Assembly: GCA_043228905.1 (NCBI GenBank)
Contig: JBHGNT010000017.1
Span: 15,376,001-15,440,000 of the forward strand
Direction of reading: 5' to 3'
Length of the DNA: 64,000 nucleotides
From: Azolla caroliniana
Lineage: Eukaryota > Plantae > Polypodiophyta
Every line of letters begins with the position of its first letter. Position 1 is the stretch's first letter. Made by a program: the position numbers and the translations under genes. The notes under the pieces were generated by a model. That model was not told the origin of the DNA. It was given only the letters and a program-made list of their open reading frames with translations, and made no database searches. Shown one piece after another: positions 11,040 to 23,016 of this stretch.

Positions 11040-11372
11040 TACCACTCTTCCCCTCTATTGAGCTATCACTTGGCCGATTCTAAGGGATGATGTGGCCTTG
11101 ACGAGGTGTATGTTGCCTACCTATGCCACTCTACTCTCTATTAAGCCATCAATTGGCCGATTCTATGGGATGTTGTGGCCTTGACAAGGTATATGTAGCT
11201 TACATATGCCACTTTCCTTTTTAATTAGCCATCAATTGGCCGATTCTAAGGGATGATGTGGCCTTGACGAGGTATATGTCACTTACCTATGCCACTTTCC
11301 TCTTTAATTAGCCATTACTTGGCCGATTCTAGGGATATGTGGTGGTCTTGAGGAGGTGCATGTCAACTACCC
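11040..11372 (+). repeat. Four-copy ~83-bp tandem repeat in the E 5' UTR
   Basis: TTGGCCGATTCTA..GTGGCCTTGACGAGGT recurs near 11070, 11153, 11237 and 11320. Confidence 0.9.
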
Positions 11373-12361
11373 TAGGGTTTCGTATCTTAGGGCATGTTTG
11401 ATTCCATACACCTAATTGTTGATTATTCTAATTAAATTTTAATTTCATAAGTATTGTTTCACTTATATGATTTTCTAGTAATTATTATTTACCCGCCCAC
11501 AATTAACTCTCCTTTTTTCACTTCCTTTTCATCTATAAAGTATTTACATCGTTTATTTTAATGTAACCTTTACGTGTAGACTATTTTTTCGTATGGAGTG
11601 GCTTGTTGAACGATTTTTTTTTCAACGGGTCATCTAGGTTTAACTCTTATCATCAAGCCTTAGAAGACGAGTAAAACCATATGAGTTCCCTTATTGATGT
11701 TTTACTCATGGATTTGAGTATTACATCTTTGCGCACAACACCGTCATCACTTGTATCAATTTGTGGCTTATGTCACAATTGTGCAAGTTATAACAATCAT
11801 ATTGGGATGTATATGTGCATACCTTGCACTTCCCATTTATTTGTGACATTGTTTTTTTTCGTAGGTAACACATGGGTTCTTTTTTTTTGTTTTTACCCTT
11901 GTTTTCGTCACTACTTAACTCTTATGAGTAGTCCTTATTTTATCATTTTATCATCACGTTTGCTTATTGCTCGCAAGACTAGAATATTACTTGTGAGTGC
12001 ACTTGTTTTTTCACGTAATACACTTTCTCGACCATATAATACATGATGGGTTGGCATTAATATAAGGCTATCGAGGAAATTTCATTGATGTAAGAAACAT
12101 GGTTGAGCCTCGGGGAGCCGCCATGATTACTCAAGATAGAGATCCGAGAAATACATCTTAGCTATGTTTTCCCCCATGGTTTTTAAAACACCATAGTGTT
12201 ACCATAGTTATCGGATCTCGAATCACATCTCATATGTCTAGAGGGGTAAAGACATGAGATACTTTCTTGGATAAAGTTCTTTCAATCAAAATTTCAAGCA
12301 TTCATTTTGCTTGTGTATTTTCTGAACCTCCTTATTTTATTGCATACCCACAGCGTGCATC

Positions 12362-14362
12362 ATGGAACAAGTTTTGAACGCAGTTGGAACGATCTCTCCA
12401 AATGAGACCTCTCAACCCCAATCCGCATCTCGCACACAAGCTGAGATCACTATTGAGCAATTGCTCACTACTACCTTGAATCAATTGGCCGAAATGAGAC
12501 AGGCCAATATGGCATTGGAAAAGAAATTCCAAGAATTAACTATTGAGTCCAAGAAAGAAGGTGAACCTTCCTTCGTAGTCATGCCTTTCAAGGGAGATAA
12601 GAAAGAAAGAACTGAGGAGGCTATTAGCACTTGTCTTGGTCGTTGGGAGTCTCACTTTGAGCTTCATCCCAAGCCCGATGCAGTAAAAATTGGTTATGTC
12701 GGTCGTGAGTTAGGTGGCCGAGCTGCTGCTTGGTGGCGTGGCCTAAGGACCGCAAAAAACTTACCCACAACTTGGGAAGGTTTCGTTGATGTTTTTAAGA
12801 AACAATTCTTGCAGCCACCTTCTCAAACCGAACAAGCGCAACACTTGCTCACATTGTCTAGTAAGCCATTTACCTCTCTCGAGGATTATGTGCATCACGC
12901 TCGGACCCAGATCCAAAAATCGGGACTTACGGGTGAGAAATGGTTTGTCGCTTGTTTTTTGAATGGTATTCCCAATGGGGATTATCATTGGATTGTCCAT
13001 GACAAGGACCCCACAACTTTCGAGGAAGCCGTCAACATTGTGCTGCGATACCATAGGACTTCCAAGAAAGACCACAATAAACCTGAGTTCGCCAAAACTC
13101 CGAATGTCAAGTTCATTGGGAAACGTAAGCAATCCAGTGACACTCTTGACCGCGACTCAAAGAAACCGAACCTCTTCTGTGCATATTGCAAGAAGCGGGG
13201 CCACACAAAGGATACCTGTCGTCGTCTTGAGAGGAAGTCAATGAACACCCCTCCTCAAGACAAATCTACGAGTCACACAGGTGAGTCTTTTGATATTGTT
13301 GAAGTTCATACCAATCACTTAAGTTTATGTGAATGCACTTTTCCTTCACATTTACTTGGACCTAATGATTTACTCCGAGCAGTCGGATATATCAATGGAA
13401 CACAAGCACATTTCTTGTTTGATTCCGGTAGTTCTCACAATTTTCTTAATGATCACTTTGTGCAGCAAATGGAGCTCCATATAAACGCAAGTGATCATAT
13501 CTATCAAGTTCACATGGCAAATGGAAACGTTCAATATATCAGTGGCATTGTTTGTCAACTGCCAATTCAAATAGATACTTATTTGGAGAAGCTTGACTTT
13601 CATGTTATGAAATTACAATCCGCAGATGTCATTTTAGGATATCCTTGGTTTTTTAATAAAAACCCTTCTTTGTCCATTGATTGGGTTAATCACTCAATCA
13701 CATTTGAACTTAATAATTGTAAACATTTTATTCAATGTTCCAAACTTCCTTCTCATTCACTTGTGTCTTCTAAATCTTTAAGTGAGTATTCTAGTTCATT
13801 AATTTATTCGTGTGTAATTGATCCTGCGGTTCAATTTTATTATTTTAATATTGATGCCACACAATTACCACATTTTGAGCAACGATTACTCGACTCTATT
13901 TTAGAGGATTTTCAAGATGTGTTTCCTACTGAATTACCGCTTACTTTACCACCTAAACGTAATGTGGACCATCAAATTGAACTCATCCCTGGGGCTGCTC
14001 CTGTGAGCATTCCACCTTACCGACTTAGTCGATTAGAAGAGGATGAGATCGCTAAACAACTTAAGGAATACTTGAGTATGGGCCACATTAGGTATAGTAA
14101 ATCACCTTGGGGTGCGCCAGTTCTATTAGTCAAGAAGAAGGAAGGTTCGTGGCGAATGTGTATCAATTATCGCCGTTTGAATAAAATGACAATTAAGAAT
14201 GCATATCCATTACCTCGTGCCGATGATTTGATTGATCGTTTGCACGGGGCTCGATATTTTACGAAAATTGACTTACGAACTGGTTATCATCAGATTCGCA
14301 TCGCCGAGGATGATATTCCTAAAACCGCTTTTCGTACGCGCTATGGCCATTATGAGTTTTAG
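12362..14362 (+). CDS. gag-pol: Element E Gag-protease-RT N-terminus
   Basis: [14 protein letters not shown] knuckle, [11 protein letters not shown] protease, [32 protein letters not shown]; ends at a 1-bp frameshift. Confidence 0.93.
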   Translation: MEQVLNAVGTISPNETSQPQSASRTQAEITIEQLLTTTLNQLAEMRQANMALEKKFQELTIESKKEGEPSFVVMPFKGDKKERTEEAISTCLGRWESHFELHPKPDAVKIGYVGRELGGRAAAWWRGLRTAKNLPTTWEGFVDVFKKQFLQPPSQTEQAQHLLTLSSKPFTSLEDYVHHARTQIQKSGLTGEKWFVACFLNGIPNGDYHWIVHDKDPTTFEEAVNIVLRYHRTSKKDHNKPEFAKTPNVKFIGKRKQSSDTLDRDSKKPNLFCAYCKKRGHTKDTCRRLERKSMNTPPQDKSTSHTGESFDIVEVHTNHLSLCECTFPSHLLGPNDLLRAVGYINGTQAHFLFDSGSSHNFLNDHFVQQMELHINASDHIYQVHMANGNVQYISGIVCQLPIQIDTYLEKLDFHVMKLQSADVILGYPWFFNKNPSLSIDWVNHSITFELNNCKHFIQCSKLPSHSLVSSKSLSEYSSSLIYSCVIDPAVQFYYFNIDATQLPHFEQRLLDSILEDFQDVFPTELPLTLPPKRNVDHQIELIPGAAPVSIPPYRLSRLEEDEIAKQLKEYLSMGHIRYSKSPWGAPVLLVKKKEGSWRMCINYRRLNKMTIKNAYPLPRADDLIDRLHGARYFTKIDLRTGYHQIRIAEDDIPKTAFRTRYGHYEF

Positions 14363-14364
14363 TC

Positions 14365-16764
14365 ATGCCGTTTGGGTTGACTAATGCTCCAGCCACATTC
14401 CAACAAGCGATGAATGATGTTTTCCGAGATCAACTCGGTGATTTTGTTGTCGTCTTCTTGGATGATAGTTTGATATATAGCCGTACCTTGCAAGATCATG
14501 TTCAACATGTTCGATTTGTTTTGCGAAAGTTGCGTGACAACTCTTTCTATGCAAAACATTCAAAATGTGACTTCTTCCAAAAATCTATTGTGTACCTAGG
14601 TCATTTAATTACAGAAAATGGCGTTGAAATTGAACCTTCTCGTATTGAAAAGGTTAAACTTTGGCCCATTCCTCGTAATATTCGTGAACTTAGATCATTC
14701 TTAGGGTTTGTTGGATTTTTACGAAAATCAATTCATAACTATTCCAAATTGACTACGCCATTAACTGACCTTTTAAAAGGTCATCCACGTAAGTCTGTCA
14801 AACCAATTTCATGGAATGAACAACTTGACAAATCATTTGAGACACTCAAGGAGCATGTGTGTCAGGCTCCCACTCTTCTATTACCATACCCTTCTAAGCC
14901 TTTCTCAATTGAAACCGATGCTAGTGATTATGCTATTGGTGCCGTTCTTTATCAAGGTGGTCACCCTATCGCTTTTAAAAGTAAGAAGCTTGATGCTGCT
15001 CAATCTCGGTATTCGGTTCAAGAGAAAGAGTTGTTTGCGGTGATACACGCACTTAAAACATGGAGGCACTATCTCTATGGAAATAAATTTGTGGTTACAA
15101 CAGACCATCAATCATTAAAGTATTTTTGTGACCAGCCCGATCTTGTTGGTCGTAAAGGCCGTTGGGCTGACCTTATGCAAGATTTTGATTTTTCCATACG
15201 ATATCGCAAGGGTTCTATGAACACCGTTGCTGATGCTCTTAGTCGCATTAAAGAAGTTAACATGCTTAGCTTCACGGAAATAAAATCTGATCTTTTAGAT
15301 CACCTTCGAGGGAAATACCTTGATGACAGTTATTTCTCAAAATACTGGACGAAAGCCGAATCTGGTTTAGATGCCGATACTAGCACCCTACCCTCGAAGG
15401 CGACCTTTCACATTACAAACGGTTTGCTCTACCGTAGTGGAAAGGTCTGTGTTCCAGATTTACCAAATGTTAAACAGAAAATTTTTCATGAATGTCATGA
15501 TGCACCATCTGCTGGTCATCCTGGAATACAATGCACACTCGTTCTCATCTCGTGTACTTTTTTCTGGCCTAAGATGCGCTCTGACGTGCATAAATACGTA
15601 ACTCAATGCTTACAATGTCAGATTAATAAGTCGGAACGACTTAAAGCTGCTGGTCTTTTACATCCCTTAGATATTCCCAACAATAAATGGGAAAGTATCT
15701 CGATGGATTTTATTGTTAGTTTACCTCGTACACAGAGGGGTCATGATGCCATATGGGTTGTCGTTGACAGGCTAACAAAATTAGCTAGATTTATTCCTAC
15801 AAAAACCACGGTAACCGCTCAACAGTTGGCTTATCAATTTGTTGATGAGTTATTTCGTTTTTATGGATTACCGATGGATATTGTTAGTGATCGAGATTCC
15901 AAGTTTACTAGTGACTTTTGGACTCAGGTCTTTAAGAAACTAGAAACTACGTTGAGCATGAGTTCCGCAGATCATCCTCAGTCTGATGGACAAACTGAAC
16001 GAGTTAATCAAATTATTGAGGACATGCTTCGAGCTTATGTAGCAAAAACCCCTTCTAAGTGGGAGCAATACCTTCCTATCTTAGAATTTGCCTATAATAG
16101 CTCTAAACATACATCCACTGGATATAGTCCTTTTATGTTGATGTATGGTTTTCAGCCACGTGCCCCAGTTGATGTCACGATTCATCGTGATACGTTAGAC
16201 AGTACACGCAATTTTTTGCAAGACATGAACCAAATGTTGCATATTGCCAAAGAAAATGTCAAGACAGCTCAAGATCGTGCTCGATTTTATGCTGATCAGG
16301 ATAGACGTCCTCGTGCATTTACTATTGGTCAAAAAGTTTTTTTGCGTGTCCCGACTGATTCTACGTCATTATCTACGGGCAAGTGCGCTAAGTTAGCCCC
16401 ACGATATTGTGGCCCATTTGAAATCCTTAAGCGAGTTGGGTCATCTGCTTATCACCTTGCCTTACCTCGTAACGTTGGTATTCATCCTGTTTTTCACGTC
16501 AGTCGTCTAAAACCATTTTTAGGCTCTGGTGATAACACCATCACAATCCAAGATCTTGTAACATTAGAGGATTTTTCTTACAAACCTCATGTTCCTGAAC
16601 GAATTCTTGATTCTCGTACTAAACGTTTACGTTCTAAAGAGATTCGGCTATTCAAGATCAAATGGATGGATAAACCTATTGATGATGCCACATGGGAACG
16701 CGAGCATTCGCTTAAGGCACAATTTCCTCACTTTATATTGCAAGAGTGCAATCTTTTGAAGTAG
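14365..16764 (+). CDS. pol: Element E RT C-terminus, RNase H, integrase, chromodomain
   Basis: MPFGLTNAPATF, FLDD, ETDASDYAIGAVL, HDAPSAGHPG..CLQC, SMDFIVSLP, GPF, PERILDSR..IKWMDKPIDDATWE. Confidence 0.95.
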   Translation: MPFGLTNAPATFQQAMNDVFRDQLGDFVVVFLDDSLIYSRTLQDHVQHVRFVLRKLRDNSFYAKHSKCDFFQKSIVYLGHLITENGVEIEPSRIEKVKLWPIPRNIRELRSFLGFVGFLRKSIHNYSKLTTPLTDLLKGHPRKSVKPISWNEQLDKSFETLKEHVCQAPTLLLPYPSKPFSIETDASDYAIGAVLYQGGHPIAFKSKKLDAAQSRYSVQEKELFAVIHALKTWRHYLYGNKFVVTTDHQSLKYFCDQPDLVGRKGRWADLMQDFDFSIRYRKGSMNTVADALSRIKEVNMLSFTEIKSDLLDHLRGKYLDDSYFSKYWTKAESGLDADTSTLPSKATFHITNGLLYRSGKVCVPDLPNVKQKIFHECHDAPSAGHPGIQCTLVLISCTFFWPKMRSDVHKYVTQCLQCQINKSERLKAAGLLHPLDIPNNKWESISMDFIVSLPRTQRGHDAIWVVVDRLTKLARFIPTKTTVTAQQLAYQFVDELFRFYGLPMDIVSDRDSKFTSDFWTQVFKKLETTLSMSSADHPQSDGQTERVNQIIEDMLRAYVAKTPSKWEQYLPILEFAYNSSKHTSTGYSPFMLMYGFQPRAPVDVTIHRDTLDSTRNFLQDMNQMLHIAKENVKTAQDRARFYADQDRRPRAFTIGQKVFLRVPTDSTSLSTGKCAKLAPRYCGPFEILKRVGSSAYHLALPRNVGIHPVFHVSRLKPFLGSGDNTITIQDLVTLEDFSYKPHVPERILDSRTKRLRSKEIRLFKIKWMDKPIDDATWEREHSLKAQFPHFILQECNLLK

Positions 16765-16771
16765 GGGAGTA

Positions 16772-17245
16772 TGTTATGTACACATAACGTTGGTGAGGGT
16801 AGGTCACTAATATTTACATTAGTGAAGGGTATGTTCACTATTATTAAAAAGGGGACTAATGATTGGATAGAATGAATGATATGTGCATGCACTATCATGA
16901 TTTAGACAACCAATGAATAGAGAGCCTTTTAGAAAGGCACATCTATTCAAGGGGCCTAGGAAAAGGTATAAATATGAGGCTTAGCTACCCTCATAGAGAT
17001 CATCACGTCGGAAGGCTGCTGTCGTAGACACCGGTGGTGCGGGCTAGGCTTTCGTCTCGACGATCGTGTTTATCTCTTCCAAGGTATTAGTCATCCTAAT
17101 ATCCGGCGGTATGGGACGTCGGTGGTAGGTTGGCTATGTCTAGATCATAGCTCGGGGGTGGTCGGGTGGAACGGGTTCTTATATCCAATCTATTTTCTTC
17201 CTTTTTACTTGATTTGGTCTATTGATTAGTAATAGACTCTTAACA
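16772..17245 (+). repeat. Element E 3' LTR
   Basis: Matches 10129-10602. Confidence 0.97.
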
Positions 17246-17250
17246 CGTGA

Positions 17251-20200
17251 TCAGAGGCTCGTCCGGGGGAACAGCTCTGGAGGAGTTGACACGAGCGATA
17301 AAGGATCTCCAGATCGCCCAGGCTCGGAGGGAAGGCGGCGATCAGGCTCGCGATTGACGGCCTCCGGCAGGAAGTAGGTGCATGTGGTGCGACGAGGTCG
17401 GCCACATCCGGAAAGACTGCGGGGACTTTATGGAGGCTTTGAGAAGTCGGGTAGTGTACCTATGGGAAGGTTGGGTGCACGCCAACAATACCCGGAGGGC
17501 CCTGAACCGAAACGACGGGAGAGGAGGAATGAAAAGGCTGATGGAAGAGGCGGCAGCCCGGCACGCGGAGACCGTCCACTACTCGGCGTCAGCCGGTATT
17601 CGGGTCGGGGGCAGTGGGGCCTAGAAGGAGAGCAAAGCCGAGTTCTGGCCGACGGTGCTGGAAGGAGAGCAAATCAACAGAGCCGTGGAGGCGGTCTCCT
17701 TCGACGATACCTTGGGAATACTGCGAGGGATGGTCGAAGAGGGCCTTAAAGAGGACCGGACGATACCGGTTTGTTCCAAAGAAATGTGCGAAGTCATCGC
17801 GGACTTCAGCCAAGGGCTCAAGTCGAATAGGACGGCCTGGGTTAACACGAAGTACAAGACTGTGGACCGGAAGGTGAGGCCAGTCGCGGCACCCTTACCG
17901 GAGGGCAGCGAGTTACGAATCAAGGGGGTCGCGTCGAACCCCAGTTTACGAGATCTGGCCTGCGTAGGGCACGCCTTCACCGACAGAACGCTACAGGAGC
18001 TCAAAATCAGTGGGGGCGGGTTCCTACTACCGGCGGAAGAAGACCGGTTTCGGAGTATGCTCGGAAGGCACGAGAAAGTCTTCGCATTCTCGCCGGGGTA
18101 CGATCAGTTCCAACTAGCCGTAGAAAGCAGAGACATTACGACGATGCGGACTCCTCTCGGCCTAGTGCGGATGTGTACCCTGCCACAAGGAGGGACGAAC
18201 TCGGTGGCCCACATGGTGAATGTGATGAACAAGGTGTTGAGGGATTGTATCCCGGACATCACCATGCCGTTCTTGGATGACATCCCGATCAAGGGATGTC
18301 CGGTGGAGGAAAAGGACGAAACGATCGGACCGGACGGATGCCGGAAATTCGTAGCGACACACATTGACGACTGCGAGAGGGTGTTGCAGAGGCTAGAGGA
18401 CGCGAGGCTCACCTTCTCCGGGGAGAAATCGGCCTTCGGGCAATCGGAGATCATGGTCGTCGGACATCTATGCGGAGCGTATGGCCGGAAACCGTCTCCG
18501 GCCAAGGTGGAAGCCATCTCCGCTATGAAGCCCGACTGTAACTCGGTCACGGAGGTACGGAGGTTCTTGGGAGCATGCGCATTCTACCACATATGGATCC
18601 CGCATTACGCCCACGTTGCCGAGCCGCTATACGGGTTGCTAAAAAAGGGGCGAAAATTCGAGTGGCGAGACGAGCATGCGGAGTCGGTCCGAAAGATGAA
18701 GGAGTCTCTTGCTGCAGCTCCGCACTCCGGAAGGCTGTCTACGAGAAAGGCACTCCCATCTACATAAGGGTAGATACGAGTCCGACCGGGATCGGATGGG
18801 TCGTCAACCAAGAAGATGAGGACGGCATTCGGTTCCCGATCCGGTTCGGCGCGAAGGTCCTCAGCGAGCGGCAACGAGGATACGCCCAGGTTAAACGCGA
18901 ACTCTGGGGTATCGTTTCGGCGGTAAAGGCCGATAAAGACTATCTGATTGGGACAGAGGTGATTATCGAGACGGACTGCCTGCCGATTCTCGGCATGGTT
19001 TCCGGATGCGCAACCCCGGACCTGGCAATGCTCAGGTGGATAGCATACATCAAGTCCCTGGATCCGGAAATACGACACATTTCCAGGAAAGACAATGTCA
19101 TGGCCGACATGCTTTCAAGGGCGCGATTCGACGACGAGGGTGGCATGGTTTCGGAGGACGAGGAAGTCAGCGTAGACTTCTTCGAGGCAGCTTACGTAAC
19201 AACCGAAAGGGGGAGCACTCCGGCGCTTAACGATTTCAACGAGAGGAAGTACGACGGGGAGTGGCTGCAGATTGGAGAATTCTTAAGGACAATGGTGTCG
19301 GACGCATCGTGGACAAGGGACGAGGCCAACCGGATCCGGAAGAAAGCGTACCGATTCTTTCTCCGGGACGGATACTTGTGGAAGCACCCGAAGAAGAGGA
19401 ACGACATCCCGCTCCGAGTAGTGGCGATGAAGGAGGAACAGGAGGAATTGCTGAAGGCCTACCACGACAGCCCCTGGGCTGGACACCGTGGGACGTGGGC
19501 CACATTCGAGAAACTAAAGGGGAAGTACTGGTGGCCGGGACTGTACCGGGACGTGCGACAGTTCGTGACAACTTGTGAGAGCTGTCAGATGCACTCCATA
19601 GTCCGACATCGGGACGAACTTCACCCTACATACCCTCCGGCCATCCACTTCAAATGGATGGTAGATTTGGTGACGATGCCGATGGGCGTAGGGCAGATGC
19701 GATATCTGGTGCTGGCTCGGGAGGACCTAACGAACCAGGTGGAAGGCCGAGCTCTGCAGAACAAAACGACCGCGGCCGTGTGTCGATTCCTGATCGAGGA
19801 CGTGATATGCCGGTATGGGTGCGTCGGGAAGATCGTGGCTGACCGCGGGGAGTTGGACGCCGAAGAGTCCGAGGAGTTGTTCGAACGGTTAGGGGTCAAG
19901 CTCTCGCTCACCACAGCGTACAACCCGGAGGCAAACGGGAAGGTGGAGCGTGGGCACGGACCAACCGTCAAAGCGCTAGTCCGAGCATGTGAAGGACAGG
20001 TCGGGAATTGGCCACAACTGTTACCCTATGCCTTGTGGGCGGATCGGACAACGCACAGTTCGGTAACCGGGTTCATGCCGTCAGAGCTCATGTTCGGACA
20101 GAAGCCGATCATGCCGATGGAACGGACAATCTCCTCTTGGGCGACAGTAGACTGGAGTGACGAAATGAGTCGGGAAGAACTGCTAGCGGCGTGTATACGG

Positions 20201-20683
20201 CAGCTCGAGCGGAGGCCAGAGGACGTGGAACGAGCGGCGGAGAGACTTCGGGCGGCTAGGATGAAGAACAAAGCCCGGTTCGACTGGACGCACCGGCTCC
20301 GACCAAAGAAGATCGAGGAAGGCGACTGGGTGCTAGTCTACGACAGCTGCCTCGACAACCAGCACCGAGCAACACGAAAGTTTGCGAAGCGGTGGTTCGG
20401 GCCTTACGTGGTAACAAGCGCCAACAACAACGGGACGTATCACCTAGTGGAACTCGACAGTACGAGGATGGCGATGTCGGTAGCGGGGAAGCGGGTCAAA
20501 GCATTCAAGAAACGCCACGACGAGGAACCGGATCTAAGAGGCCTGGACAGCGAAGACGAACAGTCCGAAACGGAGGATGAACCGATGGACGAAGAAACGG
20601 AACCAGGACCAGTTTTCTCCAACCAAAACCCAATTTTGGCGAATACCGGTGGATGCGCGGTTAAGTGGGGGCGGATGTCGTGA
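17251..20683 (+). pseudogene. pol: Element C gag end plus pol (RT, RNase H, integrase); protease and part of RT deleted
   Basis: CMWCDEVGHIRKDC, TLPQGGTNSV, MPFLDDIPIKG, VDTSPTGIGW, HDSPWAGH..CESC, WFGPY; frameshift near 18720. Confidence 0.93.
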
Positions 20684-21322
20684 AGAAAACCGTCCCTTGG
20701 CGCAATCGGTGCATAGCAGGCGTGAACCGGCTCTTCACGTGTGCGCGCCCTTAATGTATATAATAGGGAATTAAGTACAAAGGCATATCCGGGTAGTTAG
20801 ATTCGGTAGGTAGGAAGTAAATGAGGGAGACGGCTCCGTTCTAGACGATATAAAGGAGAGGGAGACGTAGGGAGAAGGGATCGCGCATTGAGGAGGACGA
20901 AGTGCTGTCGGACCGGAACCGAACGCTTCTCCTCTGTCTGTTCTCTGTTGCTCTTCTCTGGAGGTTTCGGGAGGCTTGCGCTGCTTCGAGGAACGCCCGT
21001 GTGCTTCCGGTAGCACCTCCATCCTATCCCCTTTTCGTGCGCAGACGAACAGGCATTGGCATCTGTTCGCCGGCCTGTTCGGTTGTAACCGCTCGCGTGT
21101 TCTGCTGTGTACTTGTTATTCGTTAATATACAAACACTTGTGCCTCCCTGTCTCTGTGTCCATTCGCGTCTTCTGTGTTGACGGGCCGCGCCCCTGTGTT
21201 TCTTTGTGCAGACGTGACCGGGCGTCTCTCTCTTTCTCTTTCCTCTTCTATCACCTGCTCTTCGGTTCAAGACCCCGGTGGTCCCGCCTCGTTTCTCCAC
21301 GCACGCGCGTAGTAACGCGACA
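20676..21322 (+). repeat. Element C 3' LTR
   Basis: Matches 8760-9375. Confidence 0.95.
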
Positions 21323-21623
21323 ACGTTAAAAGGGTTGTTTGGTATGTGTAATGTATATGATTGTGAGGATGAGTATGTGTGAGCACATGCACAATTATGT
21401 GCATGTGACAAGAATGTAACGGTCTCTTTTTGTAACAGACATATTATTTACCGTTACATTATGTATTATATAAACCCCTTATGGGGCATGTAATGAGAGA
21501 TAGTTTTTTCCCCTCTCATTTGGCGTCATTTCCTATTTGTCTTTCTCTCTTGCTCTCTCTCTAACTTACCCGCTTGGGAGGGGGGTGAAGCCATTCTAGG
21601 TTTCACCCCCCACCCCAACAACA
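21323..21623 (+). repeat. Element N right LTR, segment 2
   Basis: Matches 6173-6450 plus 23 extra bp; followed by TSD GTGAG. Confidence 0.93.
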
Positions 21624-22217
21624 GTGAGCCGGTTTATGCGCAATCCCGGCAAGGAGCACTGGAACGCAATCAAATGGATACTCCGGTACTTGAAGGGCAC
21701 TTCGAATATGTGTCTCCGATTCGGCTCTGGTAAACCTCAACTTGACGGCTTTACCGATTCGGATATGTCGGCTGATATGGATACCAGCTGGTCTACATCT
21801 GGGTATGTAATGACATATGCAAGGGGAGCTATTTCGTGGCAATCGAGGCTGCAGAAGATGGTTGCATTGTCAACCACGGAGGCGGAGTATATGGCGGCTG
21901 TTGAAGCCGACAAGGAAATATTATGGATGAAGGACTTCATCGGAGAGCTTGGTATTCGGCAAGATGAATACCGGCTCTATTGCGATAGTCAAAGTGCCAT
22001 CCACCTTGCTAAGAACGTAGCATACCATTCCAGGACGAAGCACATCCAACGTAGGTATCACTGGATCCGGGAGCAAGTAGAAGATCGAGAGTTTGCGCTG
22101 ACGAAGATCCACACGGCCGAGAATGGGTCAGATATGCTGACCAAAGTACTGATACCCGACAAGCTGGATGCATGTCGGAAGCGGATCGGACTAGTAAGAC
22201 ATCCCATGCCGGAGTGA
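21624..22217 (+). pseudogene. pol: Copia-1 RT end and RNase H
   Basis: GFTDSDMSAD, ALSTTEAEY, CDSQSAIHLAKN, SRTKHIQRRYHWIRE; continues the frame broken at 6130. Confidence 0.95.
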
Positions 22218-22227
22218 AGGGGGAGTT

Positions 22228-22712
22228 TGTTAGGAAACAGCTCCCTCCGGATGGGAAGTTGAGAAGAACCGTGTTGATGAGCAACTCGGCCGAGGCCGAT
22301 AGGCAACCCGGAAGACTAAACTTGTAAATAGTCGAAAGGTTACATTAGTATATAAGCACTTAGGGCAATCATGTTAGGGGTGTGCGTTATTGTAAAGTTA
22401 CTGTTGACGAGGTTGTTGCCTCCGTAACTGTGAGAGTGAACGAGTGTGAGTGGAAGCGTGTGAGCTCCATAGCCGCCTGTTGGCGAAGCAAGATCTCGAG
22501 GTCGTTGCCTCTGAGATCTATGATTGTATTCCTTTCTCTCATAGTGTTCTGTTTTGGAGTTTGTGAACTCAATGTGGTTTTTTTCCAGTTTGGATTTCCA
22601 CATTAAAATCTGTGCCATTCTCAGCTTCTGTATTCTGTTTTTCCTTTCCATTAGATTGACTATTATTCCGCACACGAAAAATCAGTTGTGGCCGGTAACG
22701 ATTTAACTTTCA
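22228..22712 (+). repeat. Copia-1 3' LTR
   Basis: Matches 1797-2281. Confidence 0.97.
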
Positions 22713-22717
22713 CCTAG

Positions 22718-23016
22718 TACGTAGGCATATTTTTGGGAGTCAATGACAGTCACTTCTGTGAGCATTGAAGTACCTGTTAGTACTTATGTCAGTCCTTTAT
22801 GGACTTGTATAAAAGTGCTCTCTGAGCACATTCTTGGTACAGAGTTACAGAGTATTATTTTGAATTGAGTTGTGTTTATGTTTTGCACTCTCTCTCTCTT
22901 TGTCTCTCCTGTGTATGCTTATTCTCTGTGTTAAGCTTCAATTAAACCTTGTTCTCTTTACTATTAGTATCTGATTAAACCTTCCTCTCTTTACTGTTGT
23001 GAAAGTTAGCATACGT
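22718..23016 (+). repeat. Element P 3' LTR, segment 2
   Basis: AGTCACTT..TGAGCATTGAAGTAC.TGTTAGT and TATAAAA are shared with the reverse complement of the H LTR. Confidence 0.8.

Larger units (their letters stand above)
10129..17245 (+). mobile_element. Ty3/gypsy chromovirus E, nearly intact, youngest insertion in the nest
   Basis: 474-bp LTRs 10129-10602 and 16772-17245 with 3 mismatches seen; TSD CGTGA on both sides; Met PBS 10604-10615; PPT AGGGGAG; chromodomain. Confidence 0.97.
8760..21322 (+). mobile_element. Ty3/gypsy element C (non-chromovirus type, tRNA-Trp primed), internally deleted, interrupted by E
   Basis: LTRs 8760-9375 and 20676-21322 (TGTCG..CGACA); 4-bp TSD ACTT/ACGT (the empty site at 6173-6176 is ACGT); Trp PBS; PPT AAGTGGGGGCGGA; RT-RH-IN order. 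Confidence 0.95.
6131..21623 (+). mobile_element. Non-autonomous LTR element N (~2.9 kb without nested inserts) with two inverted PBSs and no PPT
   Basis: LTR 6131-6450 is repeated as 8714-8759 plus 21323-21623; termini TGTT..AACA; TSD GTGAG at 6126-6130 and 21624-21628; no gag/pol inside. Strand is inferred from TATATAAA followed by CT-rich sequence. Confidence 0.92.
1797..22712 (+). mobile_element. Ty1/copia element Copia-1 (Tork/TAR-like), full length, interrupted by element N
   Basis: 485-bp LTRs 1797-2281 and 22228-22712 (TG..CA); TSD CCTAG at 1792-1796 and 22713-22717; Met PBS; PPT GAAGGGGGAG before 22228; gag-PR-IN-RT-RH order. Confidence 0.97.

Noticed and set aside
14355-14367. Programmed frameshift or readthrough in element E
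   Set aside because: The break falls inside the conserved RT motif YEFLVMPFGL and is explained by loss of one T from a T run.
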